Shown: positions 36,658-47,046, counted from the stretch's first letter. The stretch: DNA of 64,000 nucleotides from Patescibacteria group bacterium (GCA_048538215.1 JBLYPV010000001.1:75495-139494); one strand, 5' to 3'. A program made the numbers and translations. Notes: generated by a model from the letters alone, not told the origin.

Positions 36658-37863
36658 ATGACGCTGTATAAGTACTCTGCTATTGATCGTGATGGCAATG
36701 AGCGTGCTGGTGAAATTGAAGCGCACAATCAGGACATCGCGATTAATTCCTTGCAAGAGCGAGGGTTTATCATTTCTTCTATTAAGGAGGCAAGTGCCAA
36801 GGGGCTACTTGAGATGAACATTACCTTAGGAGGTGTAAAGAATAAAGATATCGTTATTCTTTCCAAACAGCTTTCTACTTTATTTGAAGCCCAAGTGTCT
36901 GCGCTACGGGTGTTCCGTCTTTTGTCAGCCGAATCAGAATCACAAATTTTGCGTGAGACACTTGAGGAAATAGCTGCCGATATTTCAGATGGATCTTCTA
37001 TTACCAATGCTCTCAAAAAACACCCCCAAGTATTTTCCAATTTTTATGTCAATATGGTGGCAGCGGGTGAGCAATCAGGAAAGCTATCCCAAACATTCAC
37101 CTATTTGTCTGATTACCTTGATCGTTCATACGAGCTGACATCAAAGGCAAAAAATGCCCTTATTTATCCCGCTTTTATTGTGTCGGTCTTTGTCATTGTA
37201 ATGTATCTGATGATGACTATGGTAATCCCCAAGATTTCCAAGATTCTTACCGACGCGGGCCAAGAGCTACCTTTCTTTACCAAGGTCACTATTGGGGTGT
37301 CAAATTTTCTGGTAGATTATGGTATTTTTCTCATCATTGCTTTTATTATCGGTGGCTTCTTTCTGTATCGTTATTCTCAAACAGAAGCAGGGTCTACTAT
37401 ATTTGATGATGCCAAGCTCCGTATACCTTATGTAGGTACTCTATATGAGAGGCTTTACCTGGCGCGCATATCGGGCAACATATCTATGATGCTCGCCTCG
37501 GGTATTTCAATGGTTAAAACTCTGGAAAATACAGCTTCGGTTGTAGACAATAAAATATACGAGAATATCTTACTCGATGTCACGGATCAGGTGACTAATG
37601 GTAAATCAGTATCTGAAGCATTTGCTACCTATCCACAAATCCCTGGTATTTTTACCCAAATGGTCAAGGTGGGTGAGGAGACAGGCCGCATTTCAAATGT
37701 ACTCGATACTATGGCAAAGTTTTATGAGCGAGAGGTGGTAAACGCAGTAGATTCTTTAGTAGGATTGATTGAACCTATAATGATTGTGCTTCTCGGTGTG
37801 GGCGTTGGTGGGCTTCTCGCTTCCGTGCTCATTCCAATTTACAATATTACCGGTACCGTCTAG
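36658..37863 (+). CDS. pilC: Type IV pilus / T2SS inner-membrane platform protein (GspF/PilC family)
   Basis: Two T2SSF domains, 3 TM segments. Confidence 0.8.
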   Translation: MTLYKYSAIDRDGNERAGEIEAHNQDIAINSLQERGFIISSIKEASAKGLLEMNITLGGVKNKDIVILSKQLSTLFEAQVSALRVFRLLSAESESQILRETLEEIAADISDGSSITNALKKHPQVFSNFYVNMVAAGEQSGKLSQTFTYLSDYLDRSYELTSKAKNALIYPAFIVSVFVIVMYLMMTMVIPKISKILTDAGQELPFFTKVTIGVSNFLVDYGIFLIIAFIIGGFFLYRYSQTEAGSTIFDDAKLRIPYVGTLYERLYLARISGNISMMLASGISMVKTLENTASVVDNKIYENILLDVTDQVTNGKSVSEAFATYPQIPGIFTQMVKVGEETGRISNVLDTMAKFYEREVVNAVDSLVGLIEPIMIVLLGVGVGGLLASVLIPIYNITGTV

Positions 37864-37958
37864 ATATATTTTATCAAGCCATATACAGAATAGAATATCG
37901 CAATAAAGTGATAAGCACTGTTGCATTATAAAGATTATCTGATAAACTACTCGCTACT

Positions 37959-38177
37959 ATGAGTAGCCGAATGCGAGAGACAAAAGGACATACAGGGAAT
38001 CGCCGTAGTCATCACAAGATTACAGCCCCTCGCCTTTCTGTGTGTTCTAATTGCAAAGAATATCACAAGCGTCATTCTGCTTGCGCACACTGTGGCCATT
38101 ACCGAGGTAAGGCGCTTGGTGTGATGAAAACATCTACTACTGCCAGTGTTTCAAAAGAAGAGAGCGGTGCTAAGTAG
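37959..38177 (+). CDS. rpmF: 50S ribosomal protein L32
   Basis: RRSHHKI...CSNCKEYHKRHSACAHCGHYRGK zinc-ribbon L32 pattern. Confidence 0.8.
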   Translation: MSSRMRETKGHTGNRRSHHKITAPRLSVCSNCKEYHKRHSACAHCGHYRGKALGVMKTSTTASVSKEESGAK

Positions 38178-38193
38178 ACCAAAAGCGATAATA

Positions 38194-38218
38194 AAAATGC
38201 CCCATAGAGGGCATTTTT
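38194..38218 (+). terminator. Rho-independent terminator after rpmF (AAAATGCCC-loop-GGGCATTTT)
   Basis: 9 bp stem, T-run. Confidence 0.7.
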
Positions 38219-38330
38219 ATAGACTTATTTATAAATTCTAGTATAATCTAGTATAGGCAAATCTGGTTGTTTAAGTATATATCTTGAACAATAAGATTTG
38301 TTTTATTGATATGATCATTTTCTGACACAT

Positions 38331-39218
38331 ATGTCCCTACGCCACTTAGCCAGACAGGTAGTCGTTCAGTCATTGTTTACATGGGATTTCTACAATCAGG
38401 ATGCTGATCGTGTGGATGAATTTTTGAATTGGAATTTGGATCGCTATCGAGATACTTTGGTGGACGCAGATTTTCCTCGTACTTCTTATGAGGGAGTAAT
38501 AAAAAAAGTAGATGTTATAGATCAGATTATCACCAAAGCCGCTCCACAGTGGCCTATTGATCGGATCGCTTCTGTAGATAGAAATATTCTTCGGTTGGGG
38601 ATATATGAGATGCTTTTTGCCAAATCAGGCGATGTGCCTCCTCGAGTGGCCATCAATGAAGCGATTGAGCTCGGGAAAACTTTTGGTGGAGTCAATACCT
38701 ATAAATTTATTTCAGGAGTGCTTGGCTCAGTATATGAAGCATCTGATTTGAAAAAAAGCGATACCTATATTCCTAAGGTCGAAGATCCAGACACTTTTCC
38801 CACCGTAGCAAAGGTAGGAGCTGTAGTATATGCCGAAGATGAGAAGGGGGCGCTTTTGGTTGCACTCGTGCATGACATTTTTGGCAAATGGACTCTTTCC
38901 AAGGGTGGCGCTCTCGAAGGAGAAAGTGAAGAAGAGACTTGCGCTCGATCGGTAAAAAAAGAAATTGGAATCGAGGTTGAGGTAGGCAAAAAAATTACAC
39001 GCACAGAATATATAGCGCGACACCCTAAGATGGGCAAAATTAAAAAGCAGGTCACCTACTATGTATGCAGGTCGGATTATCTTCCACTCGAGCTCGAACA
39101 AGAAAATGATGGGCTCAATGATGCTCGCTGGATTCATTTAGATGAGCTGGAAAATCTCGAAACCTATGATGATATAAAGCCAATTATTTATGAAGGAATT
39201 CGTATGGCTACCCAATAA
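38331..39218 (+). CDS. nusB: NusB antitermination factor fused to a C-terminal Nudix hydrolase domain
   Basis: Residues 1-140: RIASVDRNILRLGIYEMLF...VAINEAIELGKTFGG...FISGVLG (NusB); residues about 170-290: Nudix-like box GGALEGESEEETCARSVKKEIGIEV. Confidence 0.7.
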   Translation: MSLRHLARQVVVQSLFTWDFYNQDADRVDEFLNWNLDRYRDTLVDADFPRTSYEGVIKKVDVIDQIITKAAPQWPIDRIASVDRNILRLGIYEMLFAKSGDVPPRVAINEAIELGKTFGGVNTYKFISGVLGSVYEASDLKKSDTYIPKVEDPDTFPTVAKVGAVVYAEDEKGALLVALVHDIFGKWTLSKGGALEGESEEETCARSVKKEIGIEVEVGKKITRTEYIARHPKMGKIKKQVTYYVCRSDYLPLELEQENDGLNDARWIHLDELENLETYDDIKPIIYEGIRMATQ

Positions 39219-39231
39219 CGAATAGTAATAT

Positions 39232-39930
39232 ATGGATACACTACCACTTACACAATTCCAAGAAGCAATCGGGATACAATTTAATGATAGTGATGTACTA
39301 GAGCGGGCATTTACCCACCGCTCTTATCTTAATGAGCAAATAGAAAATGAATCCCGCCACAATGAGCGATTAGAATTTTTAGGTGATGCGGTATTAGAGC
39401 TCGTTATTACAGATTTTTTGTACCAAAAATTTCCCCGTGAAAAAGAAGGGGTGCTCACCGCCTATCGTGCTGCTTTAGTGAATACAGATTCGCTTGCAAT
39501 GAGCGCGCGTGCTCTAGAAATGGATGAGTATTTGCGTATGTCGAAAGGAGAGCGAATGGATACACAAAAAGGCCGCCAACACATTCTCGCTAATACTTTT
39601 GAAGCATTTGTCGGGGCGCTATATGTTGATCAAGGTTATGGGCAGGCACGAGATTTTATTGCTAGCCAGCTCTTTCCTAAAATTGATACTATTATAAAAA
39701 ATAAGCTTTTTCGTGATCCAAAATCTTATTTTCAAGAACAAGCCCAAGACCGCCAACGCATTACCCCACATTACGCTCTTGTAGACGAAGAGGGGCCTGA
39801 CCACGACAAGGAATTTGTAATGGCAGCCTATCTCGAGAATGAAGAAATAGCTCGTGGCAAGGGGCCTAGTAAGCAAAAGGCAGAAACAAATGCTGCTCAA
39901 AATGCTTTAGAGGCCTTGGGTTGGGATTGA
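39232..39930 (+). CDS. rnc: Ribonuclease III
   Basis: ERLEFLGDAVLEL signature plus C-terminal dsRBD. Confidence 0.9.
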   Translation: MDTLPLTQFQEAIGIQFNDSDVLERAFTHRSYLNEQIENESRHNERLEFLGDAVLELVITDFLYQKFPREKEGVLTAYRAALVNTDSLAMSARALEMDEYLRMSKGERMDTQKGRQHILANTFEAFVGALYVDQGYGQARDFIASQLFPKIDTIIKNKLFRDPKSYFQEQAQDRQRITPHYALVDEEGPDHDKEFVMAAYLENEEIARGKGPSKQKAETNAAQNALEALGWD

Positions 39931-39987
39931 TAGAGATGATAGCGTATGACTAGCGTTTGGTAGTATTTTTGATACACTTGACTCATT

Positions 39988-40458
39988 ATGAATCAAGATA
40001 AAGTATTTATTACCAAAGAAAAATACGATGAGCTTAAAATAGAATTTGCAAATTTGACTACAAATTCTCGCACCGAAATTGCTGAGCGCCTTGATTCAGC
40101 TAAAGCCCTAGGGGATTTGAAAGAAAATGCCGAGTATCATCAAGCACGAGAGGATCAGGCCATCCTAGAAGAACGAATCAATCGTATTCAATCGATATTA
40201 AAAAATGCCGAAATTATTAAGACTACCGAGCATCAACAAGTAGAAATCGGGGCTCTAGTGACTATTGCTCGTAAAGGCTCAAGTGCCAAACAAAGCTATC
40301 AAATCGTCGGGCAAGAAGAATCAGACGCCCAAAATGGCAAGCTTTCACATCACTCGCCATTAGTTGTGGCAATGCTTGGTAAGAAAGAGGGAGATTTTTT
40401 TAATTTCACCACTCCTGGAGGAGAGCAGGTAACTTGGAAGGTAGTAGAAGTAAAATAG
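39988..40458 (+). CDS. greA: Transcription elongation factor GreA
   Basis: N-terminal coiled coil with GDLKENAEYH, C-terminal FKBP-like domain. Confidence 0.85.
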   Translation: MNQDKVFITKEKYDELKIEFANLTTNSRTEIAERLDSAKALGDLKENAEYHQAREDQAILEERINRIQSILKNAEIIKTTEHQQVEIGALVTIARKGSSAKQSYQIVGQEESDAQNGKLSHHSPLVVAMLGKKEGDFFNFTTPGGEQVTWKVVEVK

Positions 40459-40459
40459 T

Positions 40460-41182
40460 ATGCACCCTGATCCAATTTCATCCACTAAAGCGCAGGAAAT
40501 TATTTTTAAAAATAAAGTGTATGAGCGTATTCTTATACGGACTCCACGAATAGATGCTGGTAGTGATCTTGGCCATATTATTATTGAAAGCTACAAGGGC
40601 GAGTGGTATGACGGAGACATACTTTGTATTGCTGAATCGGTAGTAGCAATTAGCCAGCATCGTGCTTATAAAATTAGTGATATTACTCCTGGATTTACTG
40701 CTCGTTTATTAGCTCGCTTTGTACAAAAGACTCCACAAGGCATTGGCTTGGGAATGAGTGAGACTATGCAATTAGCCTTAGAAGAAATCGGCTATCTTCG
40801 ATTATATAGCGCAGCTATTATCGGGGGCATTACCAAGCTTTTAGGAAGACGAGGAGATTTTTATCGAATTGCAGGTGAAAAAGCTCGAGGCATAGATGGA
40901 CCTACCTCTAATACTCTCCCACCATACAATGAATATGCCACCCTTTTACCCAAAGATCCTCAGAAAGTAGTGGATACTTTAGAAGCATACCTTACTGAAA
41001 AAACGACAAAGCGGATTGAGATTATTATTGTAGATGCCAATGATATTGGGGTAAACATAATTGGAGCTCGTAGCAAAGAGCAAGAAGCACTGGGAAAGGC
41101 TCTGTGTGCCGACAATCCAATGGGGCAAGGGCATGAGCAGACTCCCATTTTACTTGCGCGAGTACAAGACAAGAATACCTAG
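40460..41182 (+). CDS. F420-0:gamma-glutamyl ligase-like (CofE family) protein, tentative
   Basis: Pattern GDILCIAESVVAISQHRAYK...GIGLGMSE...LRLYSAAIIGGITK resembles PF01996. Confidence 0.45.
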   Translation: MHPDPISSTKAQEIIFKNKVYERILIRTPRIDAGSDLGHIIIESYKGEWYDGDILCIAESVVAISQHRAYKISDITPGFTARLLARFVQKTPQGIGLGMSETMQLALEEIGYLRLYSAAIIGGITKLLGRRGDFYRIAGEKARGIDGPTSNTLPPYNEYATLLPKDPQKVVDTLEAYLTEKTTKRIEIIIVDANDIGVNIIGARSKEQEALGKALCADNPMGQGHEQTPILLARVQDKNT

Positions 41183-41269
41183 GATATCAATAGCTTTTTC
41201 TTATCACCCCCCATTTATACACAAGCCCCCACTTATCAAACACCCAATAATTAGCTACTATAAAGCTAT

Positions 41270-41719
41270 ATGAAACACATACTCAAAAACACCACACTCG
41301 TCTTGGGAGGTATTGCCCTTGCTATAGGCAGTATGGTATTCGCTGCTACCTGGCAAGGCACTGATACTATTCAAAATGGACAAATCATAGAAGCAGATGT
41401 TATTAAAGATAATTTTGATTATTTGTATGAGCTAGTAGGGGAAGTGAAAGCTAGTTGTAGTGGAGGAGGAAGTATTATCCTAGGAAAGAACCCTATTACG
41501 GGTGAAAATATCACTCAATCACTACCAGCTAATGGAGGAGAGCATCTACAAGTAGCAGGAGCAGATGGAACAGTATACCAGTGTCTTGATGGTAGCTGGA
41601 ACGCTATCAATATGGGCTCAGGAGCAACATCTAATAATCCATGTCCTCCTGGACAGCAATTGGTGAATTCTGGTGGTGGGATGATGGTATGTAATCCAGG
41701 CGCTGGAGGCCCACAATAA
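41270..41719 (+). CDS. Hypothetical secreted Gly/Cys-containing protein
   Basis: N-terminal signal/TM; TATAAA -10 7 nt upstream. Confidence 0.35.
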   Translation: MKHILKNTTLVLGGIALAIGSMVFAATWQGTDTIQNGQIIEADVIKDNFDYLYELVGEVKASCSGGGSIILGKNPITGENITQSLPANGGEHLQVAGADGTVYQCLDGSWNAINMGSGATSNNPCPPGQQLVNSGGGMMVCNPGAGGPQ

Positions 41720-41849
41720 AAAGGGCAAGCCAAGCCCACAGAGACTCGCAACAAAAGCAAAACAAGCGCTTTGTTTTTGTTTTATTCTAAGAATGTGAGG
41801 ATGTTTGCTTACCCCCATAATCTTTCAAGCTTTTATTCTACTCCTAGTC

Positions 41850-41859
41850 TGGGTATAAT
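41850..41859 (+). promoter_or_regulatory. -10 element TGGGTATAAT 8 nt upstream of lysS ATG (leaderless)
   Basis: Positions 41854..41859 TATAAT; ATG 41867. Confidence 0.5.
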
Positions 41860-41866
41860 AGGTGGT

Positions 41867-43351
41867 ATGTCACGAGAGCAAGAAATTCGAAGTAATCGAA
41901 TAGAAAAGAAAAAAAGAATTGAAGAGGCGGGGATGGAGGCATACGCTACCAGTACAAAACAGGGTATTACTTTAGGTGAATTAAAAAAAACTTTTGCTAC
42001 TTTATATAAAAAAAATAAAGATACTAAATATCGCATAGTAGGGCGAATAATGTCTCAAAGGGGAAGTGGTAAGATTTCTTTTGTGTCGCTCTTTGATGGC
42101 ACTGATTCTTTTCAAGTTGTTTTTCGTGTTGATGACTTGGGTAAAGAAAAGATGCAATTTTTTACTAAAAATTTTGATATTGGTGATTTCGTGGAAGTAC
42201 ACGGATATTTAGGTAAGACAAAATCAAAAGCACAATCGCTTTTTGTCACTAAGTACTCAATGCTTACTAAAGCCTTACTCCCATTGCCAGATGCTCACTA
42301 TGGATTGGTAGACGAAGAGCTCAAATACCGCAAGCGCTACCTTGATGCGCTACTTGATCAGGAAGTACGAAAAAGATTTGTCTTGAGAGCTCAAGTCATT
42401 AAAACTATTCGTGAATTTTTGAATGACAAAGGCCTACTTGAGGTAGAAACCCCCATTCTACAATCACAAGCAGGAGGAGCGATGGCAGAAGTATTTGATA
42501 CTCATCATAAAGATTTTGATCAAAATATGCATTTGCGTATTGCGCTTGAGCTCGATCACAAAATGATGATGATTGCTGGATATCCGGGTGTTTATGAGAT
42601 TGGTAAGTGTTTTCGTAATGAAGGATCTGATCCTACCCATCATCAAGAATTTACTATGCTCGAGTGGTACGCTGCATATCAAGACCTCAAGACTAATATG
42701 CGCTGGATGCAGGAGCTTATCAAAAAGCTTGCCAAGCTTACCGGGGAAAAAGAGTTTATTGTTTATGATAATCAAGGCCTCGGCACCAGTATTTCTTTTG
42801 GTGGAAAGTGGCCGGTAGTCTCATTTAGGGATTTGGTAAAAAAATATGCAAAATTAGATATTCATAAAGCCGATAGAAAGACAATTGAATCTAAGGCACT
42901 AGAATATGGAATGACTAAGAAAGAAATTAAAATCAAGGGAGATGCTAATCTGCTTGATTTTATATATAAAAAATCTGCACGAAGTAAAATAATCAACCCT
43001 ACTTTTGTCGTGGGCTATCCAAGTGATTTAATTCCACTTGCACAAAAGAATGATGATGGCACCGCAGATATGTATCAGCTCGTTGTAGGAGGAGCGGAAG
43101 TCGTCAAATCCTTTAACGAGCTCGTAGATCCACTGCTCCAGAGAGAGCTTTTAGAGCGACAATCACATTTTAAGACACAGGGGGATCATGAAGCGATGGA
43201 GATAGATGAGCGTTTTCTTGAGGCAATGGAATATGGCATGCCTCCGATGACCGGCTGTGGTATGGGAATCGATCGTTTGATGGCAATTCTTTGTAGTCGA
43301 AAAAATCTTAAAGACGTCATATTCTTCCCATTGATGAAAGATGCTAAATAG
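41867..43351 (+). CDS. lysS: Lysyl-tRNA synthetase (class II)
   Basis: OB anticodon-binding domain, class II motifs (FRNEGSDPTHHQEFTMLEWY, GMGIDRL); start at MSREQE rather than ORF-track 41771. Confidence 0.9.
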   Translation: MSREQEIRSNRIEKKKRIEEAGMEAYATSTKQGITLGELKKTFATLYKKNKDTKYRIVGRIMSQRGSGKISFVSLFDGTDSFQVVFRVDDLGKEKMQFFTKNFDIGDFVEVHGYLGKTKSKAQSLFVTKYSMLTKALLPLPDAHYGLVDEELKYRKRYLDALLDQEVRKRFVLRAQVIKTIREFLNDKGLLEVETPILQSQAGGAMAEVFDTHHKDFDQNMHLRIALELDHKMMMIAGYPGVYEIGKCFRNEGSDPTHHQEFTMLEWYAAYQDLKTNMRWMQELIKKLAKLTGEKEFIVYDNQGLGTSISFGGKWPVVSFRDLVKKYAKLDIHKADRKTIESKALEYGMTKKEIKIKGDANLLDFIYKKSARSKIINPTFVVGYPSDLIPLAQKNDDGTADMYQLVVGGAEVVKSFNELVDPLLQRELLERQSHFKTQGDHEAMEIDERFLEAMEYGMPPMTGCGMGIDRLMAILCSRKNLKDVIFFPLMKDAK

Positions 43352-43358
43352 TAGCTAT

Positions 43359-43679
43359 ATGAATAGTAAGATTGTACTTATTTTTATTGCTATTTTAATA
43401 ATTGGAATATCTTCATTTTTTATATTTAGTGAGCCCACCAATCCTACTCGTGCAAATATTATATCTGCAATTGAGGAGGCAAATTACTGCACATTTGATA
43501 CAGATTGTGTCGTGCTTGAGAGCAAATGCCCCTTTGATTGCTATGTCTATGTGCATAGCAATGAAGCAGAAAGAATTTCGAAGCTTATTGAATCATTTGA
43601 GTCGAGGTGCGCCTATGGATGTGTAGCTCCTCCTGAGGTGGTCTGTATAGATAGCCGTTGCACGGGTATTTTTGAATAA
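43359..43679 (+). CDS. Small Cys-rich exported protein, hypothetical
   Basis: Signal/TM then 8 Cys. Confidence 0.3.
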   Translation: MNSKIVLIFIAILIIGISSFFIFSEPTNPTRANIISAIEEANYCTFDTDCVVLESKCPFDCYVYVHSNEAERISKLIESFESRCAYGCVAPPEVVCIDSRCTGIFE

Positions 43680-43743
43680 TACAGAAGTGCTACAAGTGGC
43701 TATTCTACTAAAGCTTCCACAGGGGCTTTTTTCTTTAGTCGTT

Positions 43744-43749
43744 TATAAT
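43744..43749 (+). promoter_or_regulatory. -10 TATAAT 8 nt upstream of the P-type ATPase ATG (leaderless)
   Basis: GTTTATAATACATAGGATG. Confidence 0.5.
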
Positions 43750-43756
43750 ACATAGG

Positions 43757-46432
43757 ATGCATCGATCAAACATTTTTTCTCAGATACATACTCGGAGCGT
43801 CGCGGATGCTCTTCTTATTGCACAAACGAGTAAAGAGCGTGGGCTTTCTCAATCCCAATACAGCAAACGTTTAGCACTGTATGGAGAAAATAGGATAAGC
43901 GACGCGCCTTCATCATCACTCCTTTTATCAATACTCAAAGAGCTACAAAATCCACTTGCTATCATTCTCCTTGTTGCAGCGCTATTTACTATTATTCTTG
44001 GAGAGTATATTGATACAATAGTAATTCTTATTGCCACGGTAATTAATGTGGTAATCTCTCTATATCAAGAGCGCCAAGCACACGATGCCTTTCGAGCGCT
44101 TTCGCGCTTGCGAGCACATAGCGCGGTAGTCATGCGGGCAGGAGTCAAGGAGCTCGTCCCTGCAGAAGGGCTTGTTCTTGGGGATGTTGTATTACTGAAG
44201 GCAGGAGATTATATCCCAGCAGATGGAAGGATTATCCAAGCTACTCGCCTGCAAGTCAATCAGGTGGTATTTACTGGAGAGAGTAGGGCGGTCGATAAGA
44301 GCACACGAACAAGTGATGAGGATCATCCTTTTGATAGAAAGAATATGCTTTTTATGGGCTGTACCGTGGTGAGCGGGGAAGGAAGTATGATAGTAACAGC
44401 CACGGGTGATTGGAGCCGATTTGGCACGATTGCCAAGCGAGTACAGGATATCAAAAAAGATCTCTCTCCTGTACAGCGTATGACGCAGACAATTGCTACT
44501 TGGATAGGGGTATCCACAGTAGGTGCTGTCATTATATTGCTTGGAGTAGGGGTATTGCAGGGGCAAGAGATATATACGACCTTACTCTTAGCAGTAGCGG
44601 TAGGGGTCTCGGCTGTCCCTGAGGGTTTACTTTCAGCAGTCACTGTAGTTCTTGCTTTTGGTGCTCGTAATATAATGAAGCAAGGTGCGTTGGTAAAAAA
44701 TCTTTCATCAGCAGAAACGCTTGGCTCAGCAAGCTACATTCTTACAGATAAAACAGGGACACTCACCTACGGCAAGCTCAAGGTAGAGAAGTGGTATAGC
44801 GATGGTGTATCCGATGAAGTATTCAAGCAGTACGCAGTACTAGCGACTGATGTATTTTATGATATCCCACACAAGCGTTTTGTAGGTGACGAGATGGACA
44901 CAGCTATTGTGCAAGCCGTATTTCCACAAGGTGATAATTATCAAGAATTTATAGATAGTCATATCAAGCTAGATACTATTCCTTTTGATTCGAGCTATAA
45001 ATTCTTTGCTTCCTTAAGTGCAAATGAAGAGAATGAGGTAGAGCTTTATATCAAAGGTGCTCCTGAAATACTTTTGGCTCACTCGGCGTATATAGCAAGC
45101 GATGATGATGGTGGCTATCGCAAGCTCAGTGATACAAAGAAAAAGGAAATTGAGAAATTATTACATAGGGAATCATCTCGGGGGAGAAGATTAGTGGCGG
45201 TAGTAAAGCGCTCAGCATATTCCAAGAAAAATCTTGATGATTTATGGGAAGATGATGAGGCACATCTCCCTTCAGGGCTTGTTTGGTGTGGTGTCGTTTC
45301 TTTTTATGACCGTATTCGTCGAGATGTGCCCGAGGTAATAGCCGAGATGAGAAAGGATGATGGGATAGAAATAGTGATGCTTACTGGTGATAATCCAGAA
45401 ACGGCCCAGCGTGTTGCATTTGAATCAGGAGTGGTAAGTGACAGAAATACTAAAGTATATACAGGTCAGGATATAGATAAGATGGAAGATGAAGAGCTAG
45501 CGGGATTGATTTTAATAAATGGAGCTCGAATATTTGCACGAGTAGTACCCACGCACAAGCTACGACTAGCACGGATTTTACACGAAGCCGGAGAGGTAGT
45601 GGCAATGACGGGGGATGGGGTAAATGACGCCCTAGCCCTCTCTCAGGCTACGATTGGCATATCACTCTCGTCGTCTACAGAGGTAGCTAAAGAGGCTGCT
45701 GATCTTGTACTTATTGATGATGCCTTTGGTGCGATTGTTGCGGCGATTCGTGAAGGAAGACGAATGATGACGAATATTAAGAAGACTATAATCTACCTGC
45801 TTTCTACCTCATTTTCGGAAGTAATCGTTTTGCTGGCTTCCTTCATAATGTCAGGACCGCTTCCTTTTTATCCCACACAAATTTTATGGGCAAATATTAT
45901 TGAAGAGGGATTGATGAATTTTGCCTTTATTTTTGAGCCACGGGAGCGTAATCCACATCCCGATGAAGGTAATCGTAGGCAGATGGTGGGAAAGCATACG
46001 CGGAGGATGGTTGTCTCTGTGGGGCTGCTCAACGGAGCTATCCTTATCGCACTTTATCTCATTCTACTCACCTTTGATATTAGTGATGATACGCTCCGCA
46101 CATATATGTTTGCCGCGCTCTCTATTGATAGTATTTTCTTTGCCTTAGCTCTGAAATCACTTTATAACCCAATTTGGCGATTGCGATTATTCTCTAATAT
46201 GTACTTAATTGGCTCATCGATTATTTCTTTTGCTCTCCTTGTTATAGCTATGACGATTCCATTTTTACAAAAAGCCCTTCATCTCGAACCGATAGGGATT
46301 AAAGGATTTAGTATATTGCTCTTATTTGGAGCTATGAATTTACTTGCAATTGAGCTTGTTAAGGCATGGCACAGACCAAGAGAGCGAGATACTTCTATAG
46401 TAAGTAAAAGGCAAGTGGGGCAAGGAGCCTAG
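43757..46432 (+). CDS. Cation-transporting P-type ATPase, type IIA (Ca2+ pump-like)
   Basis: DKTGTLT, TGDGVNDALAL, 10 TM architecture. Confidence 0.85.
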   Translation: MHRSNIFSQIHTRSVADALLIAQTSKERGLSQSQYSKRLALYGENRISDAPSSSLLLSILKELQNPLAIILLVAALFTIILGEYIDTIVILIATVINVVISLYQERQAHDAFRALSRLRAHSAVVMRAGVKELVPAEGLVLGDVVLLKAGDYIPADGRIIQATRLQVNQVVFTGESRAVDKSTRTSDEDHPFDRKNMLFMGCTVVSGEGSMIVTATGDWSRFGTIAKRVQDIKKDLSPVQRMTQTIATWIGVSTVGAVIILLGVGVLQGQEIYTTLLLAVAVGVSAVPEGLLSAVTVVLAFGARNIMKQGALVKNLSSAETLGSASYILTDKTGTLTYGKLKVEKWYSDGVSDEVFKQYAVLATDVFYDIPHKRFVGDEMDTAIVQAVFPQGDNYQEFIDSHIKLDTIPFDSSYKFFASLSANEENEVELYIKGAPEILLAHSAYIASDDDGGYRKLSDTKKKEIEKLLHRESSRGRRLVAVVKRSAYSKKNLDDLWEDDEAHLPSGLVWCGVVSFYDRIRRDVPEVIAEMRKDDGIEIVMLTGDNPETAQRVAFESGVVSDRNTKVYTGQDIDKMEDEELAGLILINGARIFARVVPTHKLRLARILHEAGEVVAMTGDGVNDALALSQATIGISLSSSTEVAKEAADLVLIDDAFGAIVAAIREGRRMMTNIKKTIIYLLSTSFSEVIVLLASFIMSGPLPFYPTQILWANIIEEGLMNFAFIFEPRERNPHPDEGNRRQMVGKHTRRMVVSVGLLNGAILIALYLILLTFDISDDTLRTYMFAALSIDSIFFALALKSLYNPIWRLRLFSNMYLIGSSIISFALLVIAMTIPFLQKALHLEPIGIKGFSILLLFGAMNLLAIELVKAWHRPRERDTSIVSKRQVGQGA

Positions 46433-46486
46433 CAGAGTGCACACTCTTGCATTTTCAGTGCTTTGTAGTAAGATATCCGCCATATT

Positions 46487-47014
46487 ATGTTAAGCATTCG
46501 ATTACAACGAGTAGGGCGCAGACACGATCCATCTTTTCGTATTGTGGCAACAGATTCACGAAGTGGCCCCAAGACAAACAAGCATTGTGCTATTTTAGGC
46601 AATTACGATACCATTCGTAAAACAACCAATATCAATGATATAGATAAGGTAAAAAAATATATCTCTTGTGGAGCACAGCTCACTGATACGGTATATAATA
46701 TTTTTGTAGATCAAGGAATTATTGAAGGCAAGAAAAAGAATGCTTTACCTAGAAAATCTCCTATTATTGATGAAGAAGCTCTAGCTCGTGAAGCAGAAGC
46801 AAAGGCGGCCGCCGAGGCAGTCGAAAAAGAAGCCGAGCACACAGAAGCTACCGAAGAATTAAGTGAGGCGGACAGAGCTCAGGAAGCTCAAGCCGAGACA
46901 GAAGCAGATGAAGTGGTAGAGGAATCTGCTCAAGAAGAAGAAAAAGAAGAGGAAGCCCAAGTTGCTTCAGAAGAAGAAGCAGAGGCAAAGGAAGAAGATA
47001 AAAAAGAAGAATAA
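46487..47014 (+). CDS. rpsP: 30S ribosomal protein S16 with about 90 aa acidic Glu/Ala-rich C-terminal extension
   Basis: MLSIRLQRVGRRHDPSFRIVATDSR S16 core; low-complexity EAEAKAAAEAVEKEAE... tail. Confidence 0.85.
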   Translation: MLSIRLQRVGRRHDPSFRIVATDSRSGPKTNKHCAILGNYDTIRKTTNINDIDKVKKYISCGAQLTDTVYNIFVDQGIIEGKKKNALPRKSPIIDEEALAREAEAKAAAEAVEKEAEHTEATEELSEADRAQEAQAETEADEVVEESAQEEEKEEEAQVASEEEAEAKEEDKKEE

Positions 47015-47020
47015 ATAAAA

Positions 47021-47046
47021 AACGAGCCGAGGCTCGTTTTTTATTT
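47021..47046 (+). terminator. Rho-independent terminator after rpsP (AACGAGCC-GA-GGCTCGTT + TTTTT)
   Basis: Stem and T-run. Confidence 0.7.
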
